A stretch of 64,000 bases of DNA from Roseovarius sp. (GCA_965227185.1 OZ245733.1:3594074-3658073), one strand, 5' to 3'; shown: positions 38,798-50,852, counted from the first letter of the stretch. Notes: generated by a model from the letters alone, not told the origin. Numbers and translations are program-made.

Positions 38798-39924
38798 ATG
38801 GCGCAGAAGACGATTGTTAACTCGTTGAACGAGTGGGACCCGCTGAAGCACGTGATCGTGGGGCGGGCGGATGATTGTCACATCCCGCCCGAGTAAGCGG
38901 CGCTGGACGCCAAGGTGTCCGAGGACAGCGATATGCGCGGGCAGTGGGGGCGGCGCCCGCAGGAGACGGTCCAACCGGGCGAATGAATTGCTGGATCGGT
39001 TCGCGGGGCAATTGGAGGCGCGCGGCATACGGGTGGACCGGCCCACGCCGATCGACCACAGCCAGCCGGTGACGACGCCGGATTTTCACACGGCCAGCCA
39101 GTTCGGCTGCATGCCGCCGCGCGACGTGCTTTTGACCGTGGGGTCCGAGATCCTGGAGGCGACGATGTCCTATCGCTGCCGGTGGTTCGAGTATCTGAAT
39201 TACCGGCCGTTGATGCAGAAATACTGGGGGGAGGATCCGAATTTCCGCCACGAGTCCGCGCCGAAGCCGCGACTGACCGATGCGGATTATCATCCCGATT
39301 ATCTGTCGGAGAAGATCGGGATGAAAAGCGCCTGCAATGGGCCGCCGAGAAGTTCTTTGTCACCACCGAGGAAGAGCCGCTTTTCGACGCGGCCGACGTG
39401 CTGCGGTTGGGGCGGGACCTGGTGGTGCAGCACGGGTTCACCACGAACCTCAAGGGCATCGAGTGGCTGCGGCGGCATTTTCCGGAGCACCGCGTGCACG
39501 CGGTGAATTTCCCCGGTGACCCGTATCCAATTCATATCGACGCGACGTTCACACCGCTACGGCCTGAGCTGATCCTGAACAACCCGCAGCGGCGGTTGCC
39601 CGACGAGCAGCGCGGCATGTTCGAAAAAAAGGCTGGGAGATCGTGGACGCCGCGCAGCCAGCGCATAAAGCGCCGCCGCCGCTATGCTATTCGTCGGTCT
39701 GGCTGAGTATGAACGTGCTGGTGCTGGACCCGGGGACGGTCTGCGTGGAGAAATCCGAGGTCTACCAGGCCGAGCAGATGGACCGGCTTGGGATGAACGT
39801 GGTCGAGGTCGAGTTGCGCGACGCCTATGCATTTGGCGGCGGGTTGCATTGCTGTACGGCGGATGTCTATCGCGAGGGCGGTTGCGAAGATTACTTTCCG
39901 CATCTGGACGGAGGACGGGCATAG
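38798..39924 (+). pseudogene. Amidinotransferase (glycine/inosamine-phosphate amidinotransferase family), disrupted
   Basis: NEWDPLKHVIVG, MPPRD, FDAAD, HIDAT and GGGLHC are spread over four reading segments; TAA at 38894 and frameshifts near 38972, 39320 and 39624-39630. Confidence 0.9.
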
Positions 39925-40030
39925 GGAAAACGGTGCCGCCCGGGCGGACGACACCGTCATTCCTGGCACCTGAAACGGGATGAGACGGTGCAGGCAAATC
40001 CGGCCGATCCGCCGATGAATAGGCAAACCG

Positions 40031-40065
40031 ACCGGCCTCCGGCATAACCGGCAGGCCGGTTTTTC
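40031..40065. terminator. Terminator between the amidinotransferase remnant and luxR
   Basis: ACCGGCCT-CCGG-CATAA-CCGG-C-AGGCCGGT-TTTTT. Confidence 0.7.
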
Positions 40066-40246
40066 CCTGATATCGCAGAGACTTCCGACCCATGTTCCCA
40101 GGCTTAAAAGCCACCACTCACGGAACACCACCATAATGCGACGTAACGTCAACTTGGGGAAGTAAGGGAATCCTTACCGGATGGTAAAATCCGACAAGCA
40201 GCGGGGGTAAATTTGAAACAATCTGTCTCGCAGGGACGCGGAGATG

Positions 40247-41002
40247 TCAGGTTTCGAGCACGAAGATCTGGTTCTGGAATGCGGCCTTGAGCACCGCCTG
40301 AGCGGTGGTCTCGACGCTCAGAGCCTCGCGCGCGAGGCGCAGGTGCTTTTCCACCGTAGCCGGTGTCAGTTCCATCAGGAGCGCGATGTCCTGGATTGTT
40401 TTGCCGTCGCCAACCCAGCCCAGCACCTCTTTCTGGCGCTTGGTCAAGGACCGGCCCGGAGCCTCGTAGGGCAGGGTGAGAATGCGCAGGTGCACGATGT
40501 TGTTGAGCAGAATGATGTCGCCGCCATGCTCTTTCCACAGCTTGTCGCAGGCCGCCTGGTCCCGATCGGCATGCGCGGTGAGCGCGACGGCGCCCTTGGT
40601 GCGCGGCGACATCGACTTGAAACTGATCGAGTAGCCGCAGGTCACGCCCATCGAGGCGTTGAATTCGACCACCTTGCGTTCCTGCGGGGTCAGCGTATCG
40701 GTTTCGAGCATCTCGGCCATGACCCGCCAGGAACAGGCGCCTTCGTTGTCCAGCGCCCAGCGGACCATTGGTGCGTGGTGATAGAGTCCGTCGCCGATGA
40801 ACGTGTCCATGTATTCGGGCGAATGGTTGCTGAGCAGGACGAAATCGTCCGGGTCGCCCAGCGAGGTCGACGTGCGGTACCGGGTGAAGCCATAGATCAG
40901 CCGGTCGAAGCCGTAGTCGGCCATTTGCGCGACGTGCATGTCCCAGAGTTCTTCGACGCTTGGTGCGTTCAGAAGCGTGTTGAGATGCGCGGTGGAGATC
41001 AC
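40247..41002 (-). CDS. LuxR-family regulator (autoinducer-binding-like domain plus HTH), no adjacent luxI
   Basis: GFDRLIYG, PMVRWA, LTKRQKEVLGWVGDGKTIQDIA, TVEKHLRLAREAL. Confidence 0.9.
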   Translation of the reverse strand: MISTAHLNTLLNAPSVEELWDMHVAQMADYGFDRLIYGFTRYRTSTSLGDPDDFVLLSNHSPEYMDTFIGDGLYHHAPMVRWALDNEGACSWRVMAEMLETDTLTPQERKVVEFNASMGVTCGYSISFKSMSPRTKGAVALTAHADRDQAACDKLWKEHGGDIILLNNIVHLRILTLPYEAPGRSLTKRQKEVLGWVGDGKTIQDIALLMELTPATVEKHLRLAREALSVETTAQAVLKAAFQNQIFVLET

Positions 41003-41442
41003 GTGGCGGCCTCCAGGTGATCTGTCATTGCCTGAAGCGCCAGCGTGTAGCCGTGGGCGCCGAAGCCGCAGATCACGCCGACCGCGACCCTGGCGATGTA
41101 GGAGGTGTGGCGGAAATCCTCGCGGGCGTGGATGTTGCTGAGATGCAGCTCGATCGTGGGGATCCCGACGCTGGAGATCGCGTCCATGAGAGCGATGGAG
41201 GTGTGTGTGTAGGCGCCGGCGTTGAGGATGAGGCCGTCATGCGTGCCGCGTGCCTCGTGGATCATGTCGACCAGCGTGCCCTCGGAATTGGATTGCGCGA
41301 AGGCGAGGGAAATGCTGAGCGACCGGGCCGCCTCGGTGCATTGGGCCTCGATGTCAGCCAGCGTGGTGGTGCCGTAGACCTCTGGCTGGCGGGTGCCGAG
41401 AAGGTTGAGGTTGGGCCCGTTGAGGATCAGGATGGAAGTCAT
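40999..41442 (-). CDS. aroQ: Type II 3-dehydroquinate dehydratase
   Basis: LNGPNLNLLGTRQPEVYG, QSNSEG, NAGAYTHTS, ELHLSNIHARE. Confidence 0.97.
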   Translation of the reverse strand: MTSILILNGPNLNLLGTRQPEVYGTTTLADIEAQCTEAARSLSISLAFAQSNSEGTLVDMIHEARGTHDGLILNAGAYTHTSIALMDAISSVGIPTIELHLSNIHAREDFRHTSYIARVAVGVICGFGAHGYTLALQAMTDHLEAAT

Positions 41443-41771
41443 GCGGCGCGCGTCCTTTCCGCTACGTCATAGACCGTGACATACGGTGGTGTCGAGTGAG
41501 AGTTACGGGATGTGGCACTCTGTACGGGAGTGTGGCATCAACGCTGATAACTTCGGTACGAGGGTGAGCTCATCCGGTCAAACCTCTGGCGTGGCTGTAT
41601 TTTAGCCGGCTTGGCGTGTTTCTCGGGGTGTATTATAATTTAACATAATAATGATTATGCGATTAATGCGTATCGGGATATGCAGGGTTGGAAACTTCTC
41701 GCTCCGGGTTTGCGTGGCTGCGACATGACCTGTATCCGCGCATCGACCGGGACACGACGTCAGGGAGACGC

Positions 41772-42164
41772 ATGATGGCCGCGACAGACCCCACCCCGAC
41801 CGCAACGCCAGTGATCCTGCGCGTGGGACGCACTTTGCTCGCGGTGTTGTTCCTGGCCGGTGCGGTGCAGAAAGCTTTGGGCCCGGAGCAAGGCATGGCG
41901 CTGCTGGGCAATCTGGGCCTGCCCGGTTGGCTGATATGGCCCGCGCTGCTGTTCAACGCGGTGGCCGGTCTGGCGCTATTGCTGGGATACGCGACGCGTT
42001 GGGTCGCGCTGGCGCTGAGCGTCTATTGCATGGTGACGAGCATTTTCCATTTCCAGCCCGAGGATGGCTGGCAGATGTCGATCTTCGTGAAGAACTGGGC
42101 GATTGCGGGCGGCCTGCTGGTGCTGAGCGATTACGCGCGGCGGTTCACCGGAAATGGCGTGTAG
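41772..42164 (+). CDS. DoxX family membrane protein
   Basis: GRTLLAVLFLAGAVQK and FVKNWAIAGGLL; GGAG RBS. Confidence 0.88.
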   Translation: MMAATDPTPTATPVILRVGRTLLAVLFLAGAVQKALGPEQGMALLGNLGLPGWLIWPALLFNAVAGLALLLGYATRWVALALSVYCMVTSIFHFQPEDGWQMSIFVKNWAIAGGLLVLSDYARRFTGNGV

Positions 42165-42204
42165 AGCAGGGCAGTCCCCTGCCCTGCAGTGCCTTGTTTT
42201 GGCT

Positions 42205-43428
<1,224 letters not shown>

Positions 43429-43532
43429 GGCGGGCTCCTTTGCAGGGATGAAACGGGTTTGGGTTGAATTTATCCTGAGATAAGCGCAATAAAAAGCGGC
43501 AATTCGGCATAGATTCATGAGGAAATCGCATA

Positions 43533-44441
43533 ATGTCCCTGCCCCGACGGTTTTTGCCATCGCTGGGCGCCTTGCGGGCGCTGGAAGCGCTGGAGCGGCT
43601 GGGCAGCCTGACGGCGGTGGCCGAGGAGCTGAACCTGAGCCAGAGCGCGGTGAGCCGGCAATTGCAGGCGCTGGAAAGCCAGCTGGGCGTGCCGCTGTTC
43701 GTGCGCGAAGGGCGGCGCGTGCGGTTGACGCCGGAGACGCGGGAATATGCCGGTGAGACCCGTGCGGCGCTGAACCGTATCAGCCAGGCCTCGCTGAAGC
43801 TGGCGCTGAACCCCGGCGGCGGCAGTTTGAACCTGGCGATCCTGCCGACCTTCGGGATGCGCTGGCTGGTGCCGCGCCTGCCGGAGTTTGCCGCCGCGCA
43901 TCCGGAGGTGACGCTGAACCTGTCGACCCGGCTGAAACCGTTCAACTTTGGCGCGGAACCCTTTGATGCAGCGATACTTTTCGGCAGTGGGCGCTGGCCC
44001 GGCACGCAATCGTTGCGGCTGAAGAACGAGGCGGTTGTGGCGGTGGCGGCCCCCGCGTTGCTGGAGCGCGCGGCGGTGACGCGGGCGCGGGACGTGATGT
44101 CCCTGCCCTTGCTGCACATCGAGACGCGGCCCGAGGCGTGGCGCGCGTGGTTCGCGGCGCACGGGGTCGAGACGGGCACGGTGGCGGGCACGATCTATGA
44201 CCAGTTCTCGACCATCACGCAGGCCGCGTTGCACGGGCTGGGCGTGGCGCTCTTGCCGGACTACCTGGCCGAACAGGACCTGGCCACGGGCAAGCTGGTG
44301 ACGGTCTGGGGCGGGCGCACGGACAGCCCCGGCGCCTATCACCTGGTCTGGCCCGAGGAGAAGGCGCAGGACAGCGCGGTGATGAAGTTCCGCGACTGGC
44401 TGGCGCCGCAGGCGGAGGACGAAGACCCCCTGCCCCGGTAA
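43533..44441 (+). CDS. LysR (GcvA-like) regulator divergent from gcdH
   Basis: [26 protein letters not shown]; [13 protein letters not shown]. Confidence 0.93.
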   Translation: MSLPRRFLPSLGALRALEALERLGSLTAVAEELNLSQSAVSRQLQALESQLGVPLFVREGRRVRLTPETREYAGETRAALNRISQASLKLALNPGGGSLNLAILPTFGMRWLVPRLPEFAAAHPEVTLNLSTRLKPFNFGAEPFDAAILFGSGRWPGTQSLRLKNEAVVAVAAPALLERAAVTRARDVMSLPLLHIETRPEAWRAWFAAHGVETGTVAGTIYDQFSTITQAALHGLGVALLPDYLAEQDLATGKLVTVWGGRTDSPGAYHLVWPEEKAQDSAVMKFRDWLAPQAEDEDPLPR

Positions 44442-44492
44442 CATGTGGCGTGACCCGATCGTGTGGCTGCGCCACGCTTTATTTGTTTGATT

Positions 44493-44558
44493 TGAGTATT
44501 TGGAGCAAGAAAAAACCGGGCGCAGCACCCTGCTGCTTTTTCTTGCCGAAAATACTCA
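44493..44558. repeat. Inverted pair of the 22-bp TTTTTCTTGC-NNN-AAATACTCA element
   Basis: Arms 44493-44514 and 44537-44558 match at 19/22; third copy at 53210-53231. Confidence 0.85.
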
Positions 44559-44586
44559 TGTCTCGCCGCCGACCACGGGCGCGCGG

Positions 44587-45276
44587 TCAGCCGAGCGAGT
44601 ACCCTGCCCCGCGTACCGTGCGCAGCGGATCGTCGCCGCCATGTTGGCAGAGCGCCTTGCGCAGCCGGCCGATATGGACATCGACGGTGCGGGTGTCGAC
44701 ATAGATGTCGCGGCCCCAGACCCGGTCGAGCAGTTGTTCACGGCTCCAGACGCGGCCCGGCTTTTCCATGAAGGTCGAGAGCAAGCGGAACTCTGTGGGC
44801 CCGAGTTTCAGCCCCTCGCCCTTGCGGGTGACGCGGTGGGTCTCGGAATCCAGGATGATATCCTCGTATTCCAGACGCTCGCCCACGGTCGAGGGCCGGG
44901 TGCGGCGCAGTTGCGCGCGGACGCGGGCCATGAGTTCGACGACCGAGTAGGGTTTTATCACGTAGTCGTCGGCGCCGGTTTCCAGGCCCCGCACGCGGTC
45001 CACCTCCTCGGAGCGGGCCGAGAGCATGATGATGGGCACGTTGCGCGTTTCCGAGCGGGTCTTGAGCTGGCGGCAGACCTCGATGCCGGACACGTTGGGC
45101 AGCATCCAGTCCAGCAGGATGAGGTCGGGCGCGCCTTCCTCGACCAGCATCAGGGCTTCCTCGCCGTTCTCGGCACGGGTCACGGCAAAGCCGTCGGCCT
45201 CGAGGTTGTAGGCCAGCACTTCGCGCTGCGCCGGTTCATCCTCGACCAAAAGAACGCTGGGCTGTTCGCTTGCCAT
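44587..45276 (-). CDS. phoB: Phosphate regulon response regulator
   Basis: LLDWMLP, GLETGADDY, RTVDVHIGRLRKAL; last gene of the pst operon. Confidence 0.97.
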   Translation of the reverse strand: MASEQPSVLLVEDEPAQREVLAYNLEADGFAVTRAENGEEALMLVEEGAPDLILLDWMLPNVSGIEVCRQLKTRSETRNVPIIMLSARSEEVDRVRGLETGADDYVIKPYSVVELMARVRAQLRRTRPSTVGERLEYEDIILDSETHRVTRKGEGLKLGPTEFRLLSTFMEKPGRVWSREQLLDRVWGRDIYVDTRTVDVHIGRLRKALCQHGGDDPLRTVRGAGYSLG

Positions 45277-45294
45277 GACGTCTGGTGTCCTTCG

Positions 45295-46020
45295 TTAGGC
45301 GCCGACTTGCGGCGAGACATGCGGATCGAGCGAGGTCTTGTCGCTTTTCGGGCGGTTGTCGTCGGGCATGGTGCCGGTGACGAGATAGACCACCTGCTCG
45401 GCGATGTTGGTGACGTGGTCGCCCATGCGTTCGGTGTTCTTGGCGATGAAGTGCAGGTGCATGCAGGGCGTGATGTTGCGCGGATCTTCCATCATGAAGG
45501 TCAGGAATTCGCGGAAGAGCGCGTTGTACATCTGGTCCACGTCGTGGTCGCGCTGGATCACCTCGCGGGCCAACTCGGCGTCGCGCTGGATATAGGCGTC
45601 GAGCACGTCGCGCAGCATCCGCTCGGTTTCGCGGGCCATGCGGCGCAGCGAGGCGGTGGCGCCGGTGATCGGCGTCATCTGCGCGAGCACCGTGGTGCGC
45701 TTGGCCATGTTCTTGGCGTAGTCACCGATGCGTTCGAGGTTCGAGGCGATTTTCATCACCGTGAGGATCACGCGCAGGTCGATGGCGGTGGGCGCGCGCA
45801 GGGCGATGGTCCGCGCGGTTTCCTGGTCGATCTGCTCTTCGAGGTCGTCGATCACGCGGTCGCCGGCACGGACCTTTTCGGCCAGTTCCTCGTCGCGGGT
45901 GTCAAGCGAGATGGCGGCGTTCATGATCGCCTCTTCCACCAGGCCGCCCATCTTCATGATCAGCGCCTGGACAGTTTCGAGGTCGCGGTCGAAGGCCGAT
46001 GAGATGTGTTCGTCGTTCAT
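45295..46020 (-). CDS. phoU: Phosphate signalling protein PhoU
   Basis: LERIGDYAKN, ERMGDHVTNIAE. Confidence 0.97.
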   Translation of the reverse strand: MNDEHISSAFDRDLETVQALIMKMGGLVEEAIMNAAISLDTRDEELAEKVRAGDRVIDDLEEQIDQETARTIALRAPTAIDLRVILTVMKIASNLERIGDYAKNMAKRTTVLAQMTPITGATASLRRMARETERMLRDVLDAYIQRDAELAREVIQRDHDVDQMYNALFREFLTFMMEDPRNITPCMHLHFIAKNTERMGDHVTNIAEQVVYLVTGTMPDDNRPKSDKTSLDPHVSPQVGA

Positions 46021-46032
46021 AGCGTGCGCTCC

Positions 46033-46830
46033 TTAGCCGATCCGGCCGGTGATGTAGCTTTCGGTGCGGGGATCTTCGGGGTTGGTGAAGATCTTGCCGG
46101 TTTCGCCGAATTCCACGAGGTTGCCCAAGTGGAAGAAGGCGGTTTTCTGGCTGACGCGGGCGGCCTGTTGCATCGAGTGGGTCACGATGACCACGGAATA
46201 CTGCGTGCGCAGCTCGTCGATCAGTTCCTCGACCTGGGCGGTGGCGATGGGGTCGAGCGCCGAACAGGGCTCGTCCATCAGCAGCACTTCGGGCTCTGTC
46301 GCGACGGCGCGGGCGATGCAGAGACGCTGCTGCTGGCCGCCCGAAAGGCCGGTGCCGGGCGCTTGCAGGCGGTCCTTGACCTCGTCCCAGATGGCGCCGC
46401 GGCGCAGGGCGCGCTCGACGAGCTCGTCGAGGTCGGCCTTGTTCTTGGCCATGCCGTGGATGCGGGGCCCGTAGGCGATGTTGTCGTAGATCGACTTGGG
46501 GAACGGGTTGGGTTTCTGGAACACCATGCCGACCTTGGCGCGCAGTTGCACCGGGTCCACCTTGCGGTCGTAGATGTCCTCGCCATCGAGCAGGATATCG
46601 CCCTCGACCCGGCAGATGTCGATCGTGTCGTTCATCCGGTTGAGACAGCGCAGGAAGGTGGACTTGCCACAGCCAGACGGCCCGATGAAGGCGGTCACGG
46701 TCTTGTCTTCCAGCGCCACGTCCACGTCCTTGATGGCGTGGGTGTCGCCGTAATAGACCTGAACGCCCTTGGCCGAGAATTTGATGTCTTTCTGATCCAC
46801 GGCTCTCTCCGTATTTGGCGTATCGTACAT
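46033..46830 (-). CDS. pstB: Phosphate ABC transporter ATPase
   Basis: [32 protein letters not shown]. Confidence 0.98.
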   Translation of the reverse strand: MYDTPNTERAVDQKDIKFSAKGVQVYYGDTHAIKDVDVALEDKTVTAFIGPSGCGKSTFLRCLNRMNDTIDICRVEGDILLDGEDIYDRKVDPVQLRAKVGMVFQKPNPFPKSIYDNIAYGPRIHGMAKNKADLDELVERALRRGAIWDEVKDRLQAPGTGLSGGQQQRLCIARAVATEPEVLLMDEPCSALDPIATAQVEELIDELRTQYSVVIVTHSMQQAARVSQKTAFFHLGNLVEFGETGKIFTNPEDPRTESYITGRIG

Positions 46831-46844
46831 GGGGAGGTCCCTTT

Positions 46845-48179
46845 CTACCAGCGGCGCTCGAAGCGGCGGCGCAGGATGATGGCGATGATGTTCATGGTAA
46901 GCAGGAAGGCCAGCAGGATGATGATCCCGCCCCAGGCTTTTTCGTAAAAGCTCGCGTCGGCGCGGGCGGCCCAGGTGTAGATCTGGGCGGGCATGGCCGA
47001 GTTCGGCTCGGTGAAGCCGGCGACGAAACCGTCAGGGTAGCCGCGGGCGACGAAGCCGACCATGCCGATGAGCAGCAGCGGCGCGGTCTCGCCCAGGGCT
47101 TGTGCGAGGCCGATGATGGTGCCGGTGAGAATGCCGGGCATGGCCAGCGGCAGGACGTGGTGAAAGACCGCCTGCATCTTGGACGCCCCGACCCCGAGCG
47201 CCGCGTCACGAATGGACGGAGGCACGGATTTGAGCGAGGCGCGGGTCGAAATGATGATCGTCGGCAGGGTCATCAGGGTCAGCACCAGCCCACCCACCAG
47301 CGGGGCCGATTGCGGCAGGTGCATGAACTGGATGAAGACGGCGAGCCCGAGGATGCCGAAGACGATCGACGGCACCGCGGCGAGGTTCGAGATATTGACC
47401 TCGATGAGGTCGGTGAAGCGGTTCTGCGGCGCGAATTCCTCGAGGTAGATCGAGGCGGCGACGCCGATGGGAAGCGACAGGACCAGCACCACCAGCATCA
47501 TGAAGAACGAGCCGACAACGGACGCACCAATGCCCGCGCCGCCGGGGTTGTCCACGCCGGAATCCGCGCCGGTGATGAAGTTCCAGTTGAACTCGGACTT
47601 GATGATGCCCGCCTCGGCCATGGCATCCACCAGATCGAGGTCGGAGGCCATGAGGAAGCGGCTGTCCTGCATGCTTTCGCGGGTGACGCGACCGTTGAAA
47701 TAGCCGTCGACGCGCGACGAGGCCGAGAGCGAGAACTCCACCGGCTGGCCGATGCGGTTCTGGTTGCCGGCATAGTATTCGCGCAGATTGCCGCCGACCT
47801 TGCCCAGCAGGCGTTCGATGGCGGCTTCGTCGAATTCCAGTTCCAGCCCGCTTTCGTCGAGTTGCTGCTGAAGCTGGGCGATGAACAGGTTGGAATAGGC
47901 CTTGGTCTTGAAGAGTTCGCCCTCGGCCTCGTCGTATTGTTCCTGCGTCAGGGTGAAGTCCATTTCGACAACCGTGTGCGTGAAGGCTGGAAGCCCCGAG
48001 CGTATGATCGAGAAGAACAGCACCACTAGGAAAAACAGTCCGATCGCGATGGCCGCCATGCCGTAGGCGCGAAAGCGTTTTTCGGCCGCGTTGCGTCGCT
48101 TGGTGTTCGCGTCGATGGTCTTGAGCGAGGAGCGGCCATGGCCGCCGCCGCTGGCGCCGTTGAGCGTTGCGTCGGTCAT
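46845..48179 (-). CDS. pstA: Phosphate ABC transporter permease
   Basis: [18 protein letters not shown]. Confidence 0.96.
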   Translation of the reverse strand: MTDATLNGASGGGHGRSSLKTIDANTKRRNAAEKRFRAYGMAAIAIGLFFLVVLFFSIIRSGLPAFTHTVVEMDFTLTQEQYDEAEGELFKTKAYSNLFIAQLQQQLDESGLELEFDEAAIERLLGKVGGNLREYYAGNQNRIGQPVEFSLSASSRVDGYFNGRVTRESMQDSRFLMASDLDLVDAMAEAGIIKSEFNWNFITGADSGVDNPGGAGIGASVVGSFFMMLVVLVLSLPIGVAASIYLEEFAPQNRFTDLIEVNISNLAAVPSIVFGILGLAVFIQFMHLPQSAPLVGGLVLTLMTLPTIIISTRASLKSVPPSIRDAALGVGASKMQAVFHHVLPLAMPGILTGTIIGLAQALGETAPLLLIGMVGFVARGYPDGFVAGFTEPNSAMPAQIYTWAARADASFYEKAWGGIIILLAFLLTMNIIAIILRRRFERRW

Positions 48180-49648
48180 TCGTACTGCTCCCGGTATTTG
48201 CGCACGATATAAAGGGCGAAGACGTTAAGGCAGAGCGTGATGACAAAGAGCGTCATGCCAAGCGCGAAAGCCACCAGCGCCTCGGGCGAGGCGAAATCGG
48301 CGTCACCCGTCAGCTGGCTGACGATCTTGGCGGTGACGGTGGTCATGGCCTCGAACGGGTTGAGGTCGAGCCGGGCTGCGGCCCCTGCCCCCAGCACCAC
48401 GATCATCGTTTCGCCGATGGCGCGGCTGGCGGCCAGCAGGATGGCGCCGACGATGCCCGGCAGGGCGGCGGGCAGCACGACCTGGCGGATGGTCTCGGAT
48501 TGCGTGGCGCCAAGGCCGTAGGAGCCATCGCGCATGGCCTGAGGCACGGCGTTGATGATGTCGTCGGAAAGCGAGCTGACGAAGGGAATGAGCATGATGC
48601 CCATCACCAGACCGGCGGTCATGACGGCGGTGCCCGCCTGCATGATGCCAAGCCCGTCATCGCCGAAGACCTTCAGCAGCAGCGGGCCGACGGTGAGCAG
48701 GGCGAAGAGGCCGTAGACGATGGTCGGGATGCCGGCCAGCACCTCGAGCATCGGTTTGGCGACCGAGCGGACCCTGGACGAGGCGTATTCCGACAGGTAG
48801 ATCGCGGCGAAGAGGCCGATGGGTACGGCCACGGCCAGCGCCACGATGGAGATGTAGAACGTGCCCCACAGAAGTGGCAGCACGCCGAGGTCGGAACTGC
48901 CGCCCCGGCCCGAAAAGCTGGGCGCCCAGTTGGTGCCGAAGAAGAAGTCGGCGGCGGGGTAAAGGCGGAAGAACTCTATCGTGTTGAACACGAGCGACAG
49001 GATGATGCCGATAGTGGTCAGGATCGCGATGGAGGCCGCGCCGATCAGCAGCGCGCGGATGCTTTTCTCGACCGTGTTGCGGGCGCGGAATTCGCCCTGG
49101 GATTCGCGCAGTCCCCAGAGCGCGCCCAGGACGGCCAGCACGAGCACCGCGATGGTCATCATCAGGTTGCCGGTGGCATTCATGGCCCGGTAGCGCTGCG
49201 CGGCGTTCAGGATGGGCTGGGTGACCTCGGAGGTGACGATCTGGCCCGCATCCTTGAGCCGCTGGGTCACATCGGCAAGATCGGCGCGGGCGTTGTTGAC
49301 GAAGTCTTCGTCCATGAGACCCTGAGCAATGGCATTGTCGAGTCCGTCGGCGGTGCGCCGCACCTCTGCCATGACCAACCCCAGCGAGCCGCTGGTTTCG
49401 GCGGCGCGGTCGGGGATCATGGCGGACACGGTGTTGCCGACCACCAGCGGTTGGACCAGCAGCCAGGCGATCATGAGCAGGAAGGCGGGAACGATCACTT
49501 TGATAAGGACGTTCGCGCCGTAATAGGACGGCAGGGAGTGGAGCTTGCGGTTGTCGCCCTCCACGCTTTGAAGCGCCCGGCCGCGCCCGAGCAGATAGCC
49601 CGCTGCGGCGATGCCAAGCACGATCAGGAATAGCCAGAGTGTCGGCAT
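48176..49648 (-). CDS. pstC: Phosphate ABC transporter permease
   Basis: LAGIPTIVYG, SRAIGETMIV. Start at MPTLW (49648). Confidence 0.96.
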   Translation of the reverse strand: MPTLWLFLIVLGIAAAGYLLGRGRALQSVEGDNRKLHSLPSYYGANVLIKVIVPAFLLMIAWLLVQPLVVGNTVSAMIPDRAAETSGSLGLVMAEVRRTADGLDNAIAQGLMDEDFVNNARADLADVTQRLKDAGQIVTSEVTQPILNAAQRYRAMNATGNLMMTIAVLVLAVLGALWGLRESQGEFRARNTVEKSIRALLIGAASIAILTTIGIILSLVFNTIEFFRLYPAADFFFGTNWAPSFSGRGGSSDLGVLPLLWGTFYISIVALAVAVPIGLFAAIYLSEYASSRVRSVAKPMLEVLAGIPTIVYGLFALLTVGPLLLKVFGDDGLGIMQAGTAVMTAGLVMGIMLIPFVSSLSDDIINAVPQAMRDGSYGLGATQSETIRQVVLPAALPGIVGAILLAASRAIGETMIVVLGAGAAARLDLNPFEAMTTVTAKIVSQLTGDADFASPEALVAFALGMTLFVITLCLNVFALYIVRKYREQYE

Positions 49649-49731
49649 GAGCCCCCCATCCGTCTGTCTGGAAAAATTACCTAAAAGGGGATTGGGGGCG
49701 GCGGAATAGGCCGCCCCCAAAGGTCAGAGGC

Positions 49732-50772
49732 TCAGGAGCCGCTGCCCATGGTTTCTTCGGCTTCGACCGCCGACTGCGTGGCCGCCAGTTCCGGGTCCGC
49801 GACCAGGCCGTAGTTCGACAGCGGGCCGCCGGGGCCTGCGATTTCGTCGGCGACGAAGAACTGGGCGTATTCTTTCAGGCCGGGGATCACGCCGATATGC
49901 GCTTTCTTGACGTAGAAGAACAGCGGGCGCGACACCGGGTATTCACCCGAGGCGATGGTTTCGGTCGACGGTGCGACATCGCCCATCGTGGCGACTTTCA
50001 GCTTGTCGGTGTTGTTCTCGTAGAACGCTAGGCCGAACACGCCGATGCCGTTGGTGTTGGCGTCGATACGCGCCAGGGTCTCGGTGTAGTCGCCGTCGAT
50101 GTCGACCGACTTGCCGTCCTGACGCACGTCGAGGCACGCATCCTCTGCGTCGTCCTCGTTCATGCCGCCGTCCATCATGGCGTCCATGGCGCCGGTGGCT
50201 TCGCAGCCTTCCAGCAGCACCTTGTCTTCAAAGACTTCGCGGGTGCCGTGCTTGGTGCCGGGGATGAACATCGCGATTTCCGCATCGGGCAGGTCGCTGT
50301 TGAAGTCCGCCCAGCTGTTGTGCGGGTTGTCGACAACTTCGCCGTCGACCATGACCTTGGCGCCGATGGCGTTGAAGATGTCAGAAGGCTGGAACGCGGT
50401 GAACTCGGGACCGGACTGCTGGCTGGCGAAGACGATGCCGTCATAGCCGATGCGCACTTCGATGATGTCGGTCACGCCGTTGTCGGCGCAGGCCTGGATT
50501 TCTTTTTCACGGATGGCGCGCGAGGCGTTCGCCACGTCGATGGTGTTTTCGCCCACGCCTTCGCAGAAGCGTTTCAGGCCGGCCGACGATCCGCCCGATT
50601 CCACGACCGGCGTCGGGAAGTCGGTGTTTTCGCCGAAGAGCTCGGCGACGATCGACGCGTAGGGCAGAACGGTCGAGGAACCGGCAACCTGGACGTTGTC
50701 ACGTGCAGCGGCAGCGGTGGCCGAAACGGCCGCGATCGCCAGGGTAGAGGCGGTCATTTTCATGAAGGACAT
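49732..50772 (-). CDS. pstS: Phosphate ABC transporter substrate-binding protein
   Basis: AGSSTVLP, ESGGSSAG, NASR, HGTREVF, YPVSRPLF. Confidence 0.95.
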   Translation of the reverse strand: MSFMKMTASTLAIAAVSATAAAARDNVQVAGSSTVLPYASIVAELFGENTDFPTPVVESGGSSAGLKRFCEGVGENTIDVANASRAIREKEIQACADNGVTDIIEVRIGYDGIVFASQQSGPEFTAFQPSDIFNAIGAKVMVDGEVVDNPHNSWADFNSDLPDAEIAMFIPGTKHGTREVFEDKVLLEGCEATGAMDAMMDGGMNEDDAEDACLDVRQDGKSVDIDGDYTETLARIDANTNGIGVFGLAFYENNTDKLKVATMGDVAPSTETIASGEYPVSRPLFFYVKKAHIGVIPGLKEYAQFFVADEIAGPGGPLSNYGLVADPELAATQSAVEAEETMGSGS

Positions 50773-50852
50773 ATATAGCTCCTGATATCCATGTATCCCG
50801 GTCACCTTGCAGCGGGCGACCTTGGCGCTCTGCTACGCCTTGGGCACGACGC

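Noticed and set aside
38798-39924. Programmed frameshifting, read-through or phase variation in the amidinotransferase
   Set aside because: Four independent lesions including a TAA; only one lies in a homopolymer. Decay is simpler.
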